Assembly: GCA_964622585.1 (NCBI GenBank)
Contig: CAZUQT010000001.1
Location: forward strand, 1 to 59,285
Reading direction: 5' to 3'
Source: an uncultured Elusimicrobiaceae bacterium
GTDB lineage: Bacteria; Elusimicrobiota; Elusimicrobia; Elusimicrobiales; UBA9959
DNA: 59,285 nucleotides
Shown here: in pieces, positions 8,954 to 18,400 of the stretch
Position numbering within the stretch: position 1 is the stretch's first letter
How the letters are laid out: each line of letters opens with the position of its first letter
Made by a program: the position numbers and the translations under genes
The notes under the pieces: model-generated
The model's database searches: none
Told to the model about the DNA's origin: nothing
The model's input: only the letters and a program-made list of their open reading frames with translations

Positions 8954-8962
8954 GCGGTAAGC

Positions 8963-10612
8963 ATGCTGAAGAAACTTTCCATAAAGAATTTCGCGGTGAT
9001 AGAAGCCCTGGAGCTGGAGCCGGCGCCGGGACTTAATATTTTCACGGGCGAGACCGGGGCCGGCAAATCCATAATAATTTCCGCGCTCGGCTTCCTGCTC
9101 GGAGAGCGCTCGGGGTCCGATATCCTGAGGCCCGGCGCCGTTTCCGCTGAAGTGGAGGGGGCGTTCCTCGTAGAAAATCTGCCCCCGGCTCTGGCAGAGC
9201 GCTGGGGCGTGAAGTCCGGCGCCGTGGTCATACGCCGCCAGGCCGACGCTAAAGGCCGCACCAAGGCGGCTATAAACGGTTCGCCGGCCACGCTTGCGCA
9301 ACTTTCGGAGCTGGGCGGCTTCCTCGTGGATTTCCACGGCCAGAACGAGCACCAGAGCCTGCTGAAGCCGGAAACGCAGAGGGACCTGCTTGACCGCTAC
9401 GGCAAGCTGGAGAAAGAGGTCAAATCGGTCTTAGAAGCCTGGCAGGCGGCCCATTCGCTTGAGGAGAGCCTCAACACCGTTTCGATGTCGGAGGACGAGC
9501 GCGCCCGCCTGCTTGACCTGTACCGCTTCCAGCTGAACGAGATAGAATCGGCGAATTTAAAAGAAGGCGAGGAGGAGGAATTGGAAGCCCTCTGGCCGCG
9601 CCTTAAGAATTCCGAGAAACTTTTTACCCTTTCAGGTGAAACGCACGCTTTTGTCGACGACGCCGCGGGGAATGCCGAAAAGGCAGCGGAGAAAATAAAG
9701 GCGCTGTCGGCTATCGACCCTTCAGCGGAGCACCTGACCGCGAGGCTGGCTTCGGCGGCGCTGGAGCTGCGCGACCTTTCCGGCGAGCTGCGCTCCTACG
9801 GGAAAGGCGTGCATTCCAATCCTTCCGAGGTGGACCGCTGCCTTTCCCGACTTGAAAAGTTCAAGACCCTTAAAAAGAAATACGGCGCCGACATCCCCGC
9901 GGTGCTGGCCAAAGCCGCCGAGCTGCGCGCGAAGGTGAACAGCCTCGACGATCTGACGCTGGACCGCTCCGAGCTGGAGAAAAAACTGGCCGCGGCCCGC
10001 GGCAAGCTTGAAAAGGCCGCGCTGGCCCTGCATGAAAAGCGCCTCGCTGCCGCCAAAAAACTTTCGGCCGAGATACTTAAAGAGGCCCAGGGCCTCGGTT
10101 TCAAGGAAGTCCGCTTTTCCGTTGACACCGCCTACGACGAGGCGGCCATCGCCTCTTCCGGCGGCGACTCCGTGGAATATCTTTTCACCGCCAATCCCGG
10201 CTACCCGCTGCGGCCGCTGCGCTATACGGCTTCCGGCGGTGAGATGGCGCGCATTATGCTCGCTCTTAAGACCGCTCTTTCCCGAGCGGACCGCATAGGC
10301 GCCCAGGTCTTCGACGAGGTGGACGCCGGAGTAGGCGCGGTCACCGGCCGCCTGGTGGGGGAAAAACTCGCCCGGCTGGCGGCCGATAAACAGATCTTCT
10401 GCATCACGCATCTGCCGCAGGTGGCGGCTTTCGGCGGGGCGCATTTCTTCGTCGAGAAAGCCGTCAAGAACGGCGTTTCCGCCGCCGCCGTGAACCGCCT
10501 CGACCCCTCCGCCCGCGAGCGCGAGATCGCCAGGATGCTGGGCGGGAAGAAACAATCCTCGGAACTGGGGCTCAAACACGCTAAAGAGCTTCTGGAAGAA
10601 AGCCAAAAGTAA
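8963..10612 (+). CDS. recN: DNA repair protein RecN
   Basis: N-terminal MLKKLSIKNFAVIE...FTGETGAGKSIII (Walker A), a long coiled-coil middle, and C-terminal ASGGEMARIMLAL plus VFDEVDAGVG (signature/Walker B); 549 aa. Confidence 0.92.
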   Translation: MLKKLSIKNFAVIEALELEPAPGLNIFTGETGAGKSIIISALGFLLGERSGSDILRPGAVSAEVEGAFLVENLPPALAERWGVKSGAVVIRRQADAKGRTKAAINGSPATLAQLSELGGFLVDFHGQNEHQSLLKPETQRDLLDRYGKLEKEVKSVLEAWQAAHSLEESLNTVSMSEDERARLLDLYRFQLNEIESANLKEGEEEELEALWPRLKNSEKLFTLSGETHAFVDDAAGNAEKAAEKIKALSAIDPSAEHLTARLASAALELRDLSGELRSYGKGVHSNPSEVDRCLSRLEKFKTLKKKYGADIPAVLAKAAELRAKVNSLDDLTLDRSELEKKLAAARGKLEKAALALHEKRLAAAKKLSAEILKEAQGLGFKEVRFSVDTAYDEAAIASSGGDSVEYLFTANPGYPLRPLRYTASGGEMARIMLALKTALSRADRIGAQVFDEVDAGVGAVTGRLVGEKLARLAADKQIFCITHLPQVAAFGGAHFFVEKAVKNGVSAAAVNRLDPSAREREIARMLGGKKQSSELGLKHAKELLEESQK

Positions 10613-10639
10613 GTCAAGCATCGGAAATAAAGGAAACAT

Positions 10640-12094
10640 ATGAACCGCGTCAGATTCGCTCCCTCCCCCACCGGCCACCTCCACATCGGCGGCGCCCGCA
10701 CCGCGCTGTTTAACTACCTTTTCGCCAAGAAAGTCGGCGGAACCTTTATCCTGCGCATAGAGGATACCGACGAGGACCGCTCGACCGCGGAATCCGTAAA
10801 GTCAATATACGAGAGCATGCGCTGGCTGGACCTGGCCTGGGACGAGGGCGTCATGGCCGACGGCACGGAGAAGGGCGCCTACGGGCCCTACGTGCAGAGC
10901 GTGCGCGAGTCGCAGGGAATCTACCGCAAATACGCCGACCAGCTGATCGCGGAAGGGAAGGCCTACCGCTGCTACTGCACGCCGGAGGAGCTCGACGAGG
11001 TGCGCAAGAAAGCGGCGCTGGAAAAGCGTCCGCTCACTTACGGGGGGCGCTGCAGGAACCTTACCGAAGAACAGAAAAAAGAATTCGAAGCCCAGGGCCG
11101 CAAGTCGGTGGTGCGCTTCCGCATGCCCGACACCGGCTTCACCGGCTGGCACGACCTGATCCACAAGGACGTTAAGTTCGAGAACAAGCTCCTCACCGAT
11201 TTCGTGATGCTGAAAACTTCCGGCTACCCGACCTACAACTTCGCCTGCGTGGTGGACGACCATTTGATGGAGATCTCCCATGTGATCCGCGGCGACGACC
11301 ATATCTCCAATACCCCGCTGCAGATCTGCCTTTATAATGCCCTGGGCTGGAAGCTGCCGGAGTTCGCCCACCTTTCGATGATCCTCGGCCCAGACGGCAC
11401 GCGCCTCTCCAAGCGGCACGGCGCTACCAGCGTGGGCGAGTACCATAAGCAGGGTTACCTGTCGGAGACCATGAAGAACTACCTGGCCCTGCTGGGCTGG
11501 TCGAACGCGGAAAGCCAGCAGATCTTCAAGAAAGGAGAGCTGGAAGAGAAGTTCGACCTGAAAGGCTGCCAGAAAAGCCCCGCGATCTTCGACCCGGTGA
11601 AACTGGACTGGATGAACGGCGAATATATACGCCTGATCCCGAAAGAGGATTTCATGGCGCTCGCCATGCCGTTCATAAAGGAGTCCGGCCTGGACACTTC
11701 TACCGGCAAAGTTCCGCTTATCGACATCGTGGCTCTTGAGCAGGAGAAATGCAAACTCCTTGCCGACCTTCCCGCCAAGATAGAGTTCTTCTTCAAAGAC
11801 CCGGTTTACAACCCGGAGGCGGTTGAAAAGACCCTTAAGGCCCCTGAAGTCCCGAAAATACTTAACGGGATAAAAGAGGCTTACGCCGCCCTGCCCGAGT
11901 TCAAGGAAGCCGCCATCGAAGCCGCCACCCGCGCTTTCGCCAAGGCCAATACTCTCAAAGCCGGCCAGGTCTTCCACCCCGTCCGCGTAGCCCTCTCCGG
12001 CCGCGCCGAAGGCCCCACCCTCTTCAGGATGATAGAGTATATCGGAAAAGAGGAATCCCTGAAGCGCTTGGATAAAGCGCTGACGCTTATTTAG
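10640..12094 (+). CDS. gltX: glutamyl-tRNA synthetase
   Basis: Contains RFAPSPTGHLHIGGARTALFNYLFA (HIGH) and RLSKRHG (KMSKS), with an SD-like AAGGAAA upstream of the ATG; 484 aa. Confidence 0.93.
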   Translation: MNRVRFAPSPTGHLHIGGARTALFNYLFAKKVGGTFILRIEDTDEDRSTAESVKSIYESMRWLDLAWDEGVMADGTEKGAYGPYVQSVRESQGIYRKYADQLIAEGKAYRCYCTPEELDEVRKKAALEKRPLTYGGRCRNLTEEQKKEFEAQGRKSVVRFRMPDTGFTGWHDLIHKDVKFENKLLTDFVMLKTSGYPTYNFACVVDDHLMEISHVIRGDDHISNTPLQICLYNALGWKLPEFAHLSMILGPDGTRLSKRHGATSVGEYHKQGYLSETMKNYLALLGWSNAESQQIFKKGELEEKFDLKGCQKSPAIFDPVKLDWMNGEYIRLIPKEDFMALAMPFIKESGLDTSTGKVPLIDIVALEQEKCKLLADLPAKIEFFFKDPVYNPEAVEKTLKAPEVPKILNGIKEAYAALPEFKEAAIEAATRAFAKANTLKAGQVFHPVRVALSGRAEGPTLFRMIEYIGKEESLKRLDKALTLI

Positions 12095-12108
12095 AGCTTT
12101 ATAGCTTG

Positions 12109-12424
12109 CTTGGGCGGCCTACCGTGGGGACGGGGTCATCAAAACCGGTGTCTCGCACACCGTGCTCGCACCTGCCGCTCTCGGCCTCGGCGCTACGCAA
12201 GCCTCGGCCTCCGAGGGGCTTTTTCTGACCCCGTCCCCACGGTCTCCGCCCAGAGGCTCATTGGACAGAAGGCGGGCTGACGCATAAATTGAGTGGAGCG
12301 GGTGGCAAGGGTATGGGTTCGGAGCGACCTCTCGGAGGGCGAGGCTTGCGTAAGCGCCGAGCCCGAGAGAGGAGCGCGGCCACGGTGTGGCCGACGCCGT
12401 GAGCGACGGACCCATACCCTTGCC
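12109..12424. repeat. structured intergenic repeat, copy B (composite: full unit plus a second hairpin unit) between convergent gltX and the giant gene
   Basis: 15-bp inverted repeat ACCGTGGGGACGGGG (12121-12135) / CCCCGTCCCCACGGT (12229-12243). 14-bp inverted repeat GGCAAGGGTATGGG (12304-12317) / CCCATACCCTTGCC (12411-12424). The 23-nt family core is at 12313-12335. The subunit GGCGAGGCTTGCGTAAGCGCCGAG occurs in both orientations. Confidence 0.85.
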
Positions 12425-12438
12425 AGGCCCCGCGAACC

Positions 12439-15400
12439 TTAGTGTATCACACCTATCTTCCTCATGATCACCTTGCTGCCTTTGGGGCTGGAGGCCTTCA
12501 CGCGCACTATATAGCGGCCCTTGGAGACCGTGCCGCCCAGGCCGTTCTGGCCGTTCCAGAGCACGTGGTTCGGGCCCAGTTTGCCGCCGTCCGAGCCGCT
12601 GGAGAACCTGAATTCGCGCACCACGTAGCCAAGCAGGTCATAGATCGTCATCGTCACTTCGGCATTGTCATTTAAGGAGTAAGTTATATCGACCCTGCCT
12701 TCAACGCCGCCCTTGCGCAGGTCAACCGGGTTTGGATAGCTTGAAACCTTGGTAAGCAGCTCCTTGCCTATAGTGGTCCCGGCCGGGGTGGAAACGGTGG
12801 ACCACTCGGAATGCTGGCCGGCGAAGTTCCAGCTGCGCACCCTGTAGGTATAGTAAGTGCCCAGCGGCCTGGGCGTTTCCCCGGGCACGGTGGCGTCGCC
12901 GACCGTATAGATATTGTTTATAGCGCCGCCGGTCTTGAAACCTGGCAGGGCCGCTACCGTCCTCCAGACGGGGCTGATGCCCTCGCGCTCCTGTATCTCG
13001 TAGGACATCACATTGGACTCAGGGTCCTCCGAGGCGGCCCACTTGAGGGTATACGCCTGACCCGAAGCCTGGCCTCTGGCCACCTGCGGCTCGGGCGCGC
13101 CGGGACTCGTGGGATTAGTGACGTCGATGCGGTAGATCATTATCGGCACGCCGTTCTCGCTGGGGATATAGCGGCCGTCCGCCATTATACCGCGCACGGA
13201 GACGAGGTAGCCGCGGTCGGAAACCGTCTCTCCCCAGGAGGTATGCGGACCCCGGAAAGAGCCCTGTATGCCGCGCTGGACTATCTTGAACGAAACATTG
13301 TCCAGCTTGTTCACCAGCATGATCTCGTTGCCGACGTAAACGATACCCTCGGCGGCGAACCCGTCGGCGGACTGCACGGTGAACGAGGAGGAGTTAACCT
13401 CTATGCGGGTAAGCAGCTTGGTGAAGTGGCCGGGCGACAGCGCGACATTGGTCACTTTGCCGGCCAGCACGGGCCCCGTCCCGGCGGGCTGCCAGGAATT
13501 TTTAATATTGGTGGGTTCGTTGTAGTTGCCGCCGAGCGAAACCTCGTACGAAGCTACGGGGCCGGAGGCGGGGTTCCACATAGCCGACAGCTCCGTGGTC
13601 TTGGCGGACCAGGCGGAGGGCACGGAACCGAGGTCGGAAACGGCCAGCAGCACCCTGGCGTTCCTGACGTTATCGCCCAGGAAGTAGAGAGGCTTGCCGG
13701 TGCCGTCGTCCATTATGCGGTCCGGCACATAGTCCATATTGCTCTCATAATCCAGGATCCCGTCGCCGTCGATATCGAAGGAGGGCAGGCCGGTATTATT
13801 GAGGCTGATATTAGTGCACCTGCCGGTGCCGTAATAATCGAAGTTATCCGGCTTCCCGTCCCCGTTTATATCGAGCAGCGGCTCGCCGGCCTTGCAGCCG
13901 GCAGGGGGCGAGTTGTAGATCCAGTAGGCGGGATCCGCCAGGGGCATATTATTGGCGCCCAGCAACACGCTGCTGGAGACGCTAAGCTGCGCGTAGACGG
14001 GGTAGCCGTTGGAGGCCAGCATGATAGGCCTGTAGACCGGGGTGAGGGGAATGATGGCCGGCGAGATCAGAACCCGGTTGGACGTCATCGGGTAGCTGTC
14101 GCCCGCATACTGCCCGGCGGCGAGCGGCTGGCCGCTCAGCCCGCGGAAGTCGACGAAGGAGTTAAGCGACAGGCTGGCGAGGTGGCCCAGCGTGTCGGCG
14201 CCGGAAAGGTCGGTGGCCGAGCTGATATCGCAGGTCAGGTGCAGGACGACCGCGCCGCTCGAGACTATCAGGTAAGGCAGATTGCCGTCCATTATGCTGA
14301 CCGTGATGCCGTTCTTGAACGAATTGGTGGCGGAATTCACCACGTAGCCCAGGCGGTAATCCATTATCGGGTTAAAGGCCCCGTCGCCGTCGTCCTTCCA
14401 GAGGGAAACGGTGGACAGGTCTCCGTCGCCGTAGCCGGGCGTGAGGCTGTTGATGGAGCCGGCCTGCGTGAACCTGATCTGGCCTATGGCGAGATAGTCG
14501 CTCAGCGTGGCCAGGGTGTAGGTCATCATCGGCACGTTCTTCGTGTTCTTCTCCACCGAATTGGGCGAAACGTTCATGCCGGAGGCGGAAAGGGTTATAG
14601 CCCGTATAGGCACAAGGCTGGAACTGAACGGGTAAACGTCCAGGTAGGTTCCCTTGTTCAGAATCTTGGTCACGCCCATATAGATACTGGGAGAGATATC
14701 ATGCGGGATATTGACCGTCAGCCAGGACCTGTCGCGCACCATAAGGCCGACCTTGTTCGCCTTCACGGCCTGCTCGCCTATGTCGTACACGGCGAAATAG
14801 GTCTGCGGCAGCGGGCTCAAAGTCTGCACTTGGGAAAGGTTGATCTGGATCTGGGTGTTAAGGACGTTGTCCTGGTCGTAGAGATCGACTTTCCGAACCA
14901 CGGCCTGGGCGGGATGGTTGACCTTGGGCGTAGTAAGGTCGCCGAGCTTCTCGCCTCTGGACATGACGTTCAGGTACGGCTTGCCGGAAGGCGTAGTGCC
15001 GGTGCTGTTATAGGTGGCGAGCTCGGCTTCGCTGATATAGATGCGGCCGGCGGACGGGAAGCCGGCGACGGAATCCAGCACCAGGTGGAACGGAACCGTG
15101 TCGGTGGAGGTGAAGGGCGCGTACAGCGTGGTCTTGGCCTCCGAAACGTTCACGTCGTTCACGTCCAGCAGGTCGTTCTGGTTGGAGTCCTGGTAGATCG
15201 AGACGAACTTGACGTCGGTATTCCTGGCGAACGGCGCGTTGGGATCGTTGGAGGCGCCGGTGCGCTGGACTTTTATGGCGCTCCAGCGCGCGTTACCGGC
15301 CTCGGTGGCGAGATTTAGGCGGACTACCGGGACCCTGACCTGGGCCTGGCCCACGCCGCCCGTCTGCACCAGCTCGGCCGCCATATCGTAGACGCCCATG

Positions 15401-18400
15401 GTCACGAAGGAAGGGATCTCCTGCACCGTTATCGGCATGGTATTTATGGGCCAGGTCGAGAGCGCGAGCGTATTGGGGATGCCGATAGTGAAGTCCGCGG
15501 CGGAATTGATAGTGAGGCCCGCGCCGGAGCCCACCTTCGCGAACTGGGACATATCGTAGCTTATGAAAGCGCAGGACGGCACGGTGGTGACCACGATAGC
15601 GTTCTTCAGCACGATATTGACCGTGCCGGAGGAGTAGGCCTCGTTGCCGTAGCTCATCAGGTTCGGGTACATCCCGGTCGTGGTGCTGGCGATATCCACG
15701 GGATCCAGGATGCAGTTGTCGTTGGAGTCCTGCCAGACCTTTATCAGGTCTATGTCGGAGTCGCTGCTGGTCCCGCGGCGGTCAAGCTTTATCGCCTCGA
15801 TGCGGGCAGAAGTCTTGTCGGTGACCATGCGCATGGCCAGCAGGCCGACGCTCTTGTCGTTCTGCACCACCGTCACCGGCGAGATATCCTCGGGAGTGAG
15901 CGAGATATTGTTGAGCGTGGGCATCAGGACCGCGACCGGGCTCTCCACGGGCTTCAGGAAGCTCGCGTTGTGGCCGGAGTTGTCGGGGCCGAAGATAAAG
16001 TTTGTCTCGAACGGGATCTGCACTCCCAGCACGTCGTTCTGCGGCTGCAGCTGGGCGTGGGAGAACCGTGCGGTCTTGTCGATGTCCATCGAGATGAAGA
16101 CCACGGTGGGCGTGGCGCTTACGACCACGTAGTCCTGCTTGTTCAGGGCGGGGTCCACCACGTAGACGGTGGCCTTGCCCACGGGGTCGTTCACCCCGAA
16201 GCGCCCGGTGCCTATCACCGTGTCCGCGGTGTTCATGCCGGTAGCGGCGTCGCGGTCGAACACCCCGTTGCCGTTATCCTTCCAGACCCTTATGTTGGCC
16301 ACGTCGGAGTCGTAGCCGTTGATGCCGGCCGGCTGCCTGCGGACCAGCTTGAAGCCCTTCCAGCGCACGCCGTAGCCGGAGGTCGTCAGCGACATCTTCA
16401 GGAAAGGATAGTTATCGGTACCCTGCGAGACCATGATACCCAGCGCGGTTCCGGAGCTGTGGGTGACGATCGGCGTGCTGAAGGCGCCCCGGGTAACCAT
16501 CCACAGCGAGGTTCCGACAATACCGTCGTATTTTATTATCTCGTTGTCCGCCGTGAGGTAGCCGGACGTGGGCAGGCCCGCGGTAGAGACCACCGCCCAG
16601 GCGGCGTCGCTGGCCCCCGTGGTGTTCACATCCGCCGCCAGGCGTATGGCGGGCGCCGACGCCCCCCCGTTAGGAGCGAAGATCTGCTCGGTCAGCACCG
16701 TAATGGTGCTGGGCGCCGAGATGATCTCGCGGACCTTGGAGGTGAAGGTCAGGTTGGAAGCCGCCTGCGAGAAGTAGTTCGGCAGGGAGATGGAGTTCTT
16801 GGCCGGGTCGTCCGCGCCCGGGCTGTTCTGAGCGAAGGATTCCGGCTTGAGATAGGCGCCGATGAAGCGCGAGTTGCCGAAAGCGTCGTTGGGCAGGGCG
16901 GAGTCCTTCATGTCGTAGGTCAGGAAATAGCGCCGCGAGAGCGCGCGGGCGGTGGCCTCGTCCGGCGTGATCACGCGCTGCGTGGAGAGGTCCACCCTGG
17001 CCGCCAGCGGGCCGAAGATAGTGTTGCCGAAAGTCCCGGAACCGACCAGCGTGTCGTTGGCGCCCAGGAAGCCGTTATTGTCCTTGTCGTACCAGACCTT
17101 TACGGCCGCTACGTCGTTGGCGGCGGTGGCGTCCTTGATGACCGTGCCGGTGGCGTAAACCAGCAGCCAGCGCCAGACCGCGTCGGCCACGTCGGTTTCT
17201 ACAGTAAAGCTCAATATCGGCTGGTTGACGGCTTTCTGCTGGAGCGTGTCCCCGGTAATGGTGTCGGTAGCCCTCACCATGACCGAGTCGGCGTATTCAG
17301 CCACGCCGCCTATCAGCGAGAGAGTCTTGCCCGGGCTGGAAACGCCTATATTGGCGGGGCTCATGAACTTGGGCGCGTCGATGAGGAAGTAGTCGGTAGA
17401 GCGCGCAGCCATGCCGAGATAGGAGAAATTGGAGACATTGGCCAGCGGGTCTATGTCGTAGGTGACGAAGTAGTCCTTGGGCTCGGTGAAGATCACCTGC
17501 CCGTCCATGTTGCCTCCCTCCCCTATCAGCGGCAGGATGGCCTGGCCGGAGATCACGGTGCCGCTGGACCAGAGCACTTTGGCGGTCCCTTCCGCGGCGC
17601 GGGTGATCCCGCCGAAAGTGTTGGTCAGGACGTCCACGCTGCTATAATAGACGACTTCCTTTAAAGCCGGGTCCGCCTGGCCGTCGTTGATCACCAGCCT
17701 GCCCGGCGCGCGCGGGAAGGGGCTGTCGGACGGGAAGAACTTCTGGATATCCACTACGCGGATGACCGTATCGGTGGAGACCAGCGGGGTCTTGAGGGTG
17801 TCGTACGGGAACTTCCTGTCCTGCGAACCGATCAGAATGACCTCGGTATCTTTCACCGTGGTAGTGGTCTCCAGCAGGCCGTCCTTGTTGGAATCGTGCC
17901 AGACGCTTATCTTCTTGACGTCGGTGACCTTGTTCCACGCGGGCGTATTCCCGTTCTCGGCGCCGGTCACCCAGCGGTCCAGCTTGAGGCCCTTCCAGAC
18001 CGCGGAACCGATGGTGTCCTTGATCTGCATCGTGAGGCGGACCACGGCCTTGTTCTTGTCGTTCTGGGTCACGAAAGAGGGCTTGCTGAAGTCGTTGGGC
18101 GCCGACTTGTTCACGTCCGCCAGGTAGACCATGTCCGCGGTGGCGTACAGCGGAACCGTGGAGGAAGCGACGGGCGAGAAGGCGCCCACCACGCCATCCA
18201 TGAGGCTTACGGCCGAGTTCTCGAGGCGCGCGCCGTGGGTTATCATGGTGGCCGGGTCCGGGGGCATCGGCGAAGGGATGGCGTCCGGCTTGAACTCGTA
18301 GACCACGTAATACGTGCGGGTAGCTATGGAGACCAGGCCGTCCACGCCGGGGTTATAGAGCGGCAGGACGAAGGTCCCGGGGTCGGCCGGGTTGAAGACG

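Noticed and set aside
12811-15318. 835-aa plus-strand ORF, one of many similar plus-strand ORFs inside 12.4-53.1 kb (e.g. 15970-17664, 26128-28023, 29401-31380, 42244-43710, 43729-45216)
   Set aside because: All lie antisense to the giant ORF. Their translations are Arg/Gly/Ala/His/Val-rich low-information strings typical of shadow frames in GC-rich coding DNA. They have no motifs, no SDs and no independent repeat logic.
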